From: Hydrolagus colliei
Lineage: Eukaryota
NCBI GenBank assembly: GCA_035084275.1
Contig: CM068742.1
Coordinates: forward strand, 48,298,001 to 48,362,000
DNA length: 64,000 nucleotides
Direction: 5' to 3'
Part shown: positions 63,539-64,000 of the stretch, piece by piece
Layout: each line of letters begins with the position of its first letter
How positions within the stretch are numbered: position 1 is the stretch's first letter
Position numbers and translations under genes: made by a program
Notes under the pieces: generated by a model
Database searches by the model: none
What the model saw: the letters and a program-made list of their open reading frames with translations, nothing else
Told to the model about the DNA's origin: nothing

Positions 63539-64000
63539 ATATCACTCTCCCTCTTCGGCTACTAGAGTATTTCAGATACTTTAAAAACCGAACGGTTAAC
63601 AAATTAAGCTCTGGAAAAAATAGCTCATAAAAGAAATCTATCCATTGTTCATATCTCCACCTTCAACCATGCCTGCTATTCTCATTGAAGTTTGTAGAAC
63701 AGACCTTAATATCTATTGATTGTTATGTGTTTCGTCCACAAATATACTGTCAATTCACTTTGAGATGTCAAAGAAGATGTGAAAAGTGCTACATGAAATG
63801 CAAGGATATGATTATGTCTGTCTCCTAATATCCCATCAAACCTCAAACCTTTCATCTACAGAAAAACACTTTTGTTTATAAAGAAACTAGCAGATTCTAT
63901 ATGATCTACTTTAAATATCATTCTGTTCCACTTACTCACTAAACAGTGGGGGAAAGGTTTTTTCTTGTCTCAGTGGAGGCTTCTAAATATTATACTTGTG

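Overview
AT-rich, repeat-dense vertebrate DNA. The repeats (CR1 and L2 LINEs, tRNA-derived Deu-domain SINEs with L2-like tails, Penelope terminal repeats, hAT and pogo/Tigger MITEs) suggest a cartilaginous fish, probably a chimaera; this is inference. No intact host gene is recognisable, and all long ORFs in the track are LINE ORF2 fragments. The main result lies in the non-repeat DNA between ~338 and ~8830. Translated on the + strand across stops, frameshifts and TE insertions, it gives about a dozen collinear relics of the Mononegavirales-type L protein: N-terminal LxxPI, GN..YD, GHP, RdRp motifs A/B/C, PxxLG, CSxxxAxxxR, and capping-domain GxxT, W, HR and FxxQ. I read this as an old, near-full-length endogenous negative-strand RNA virus polymerase gene. 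It was identified by eye and needs a frameshift-aware homology search. Also noted: a mosaic SINE, palindromic Penelope elements, MITEs with intact target-site duplications (TSDs), a 56-bp inverted repeat, and a few candidate minus-strand exons. Boundaries of degraded repeats are approximate.
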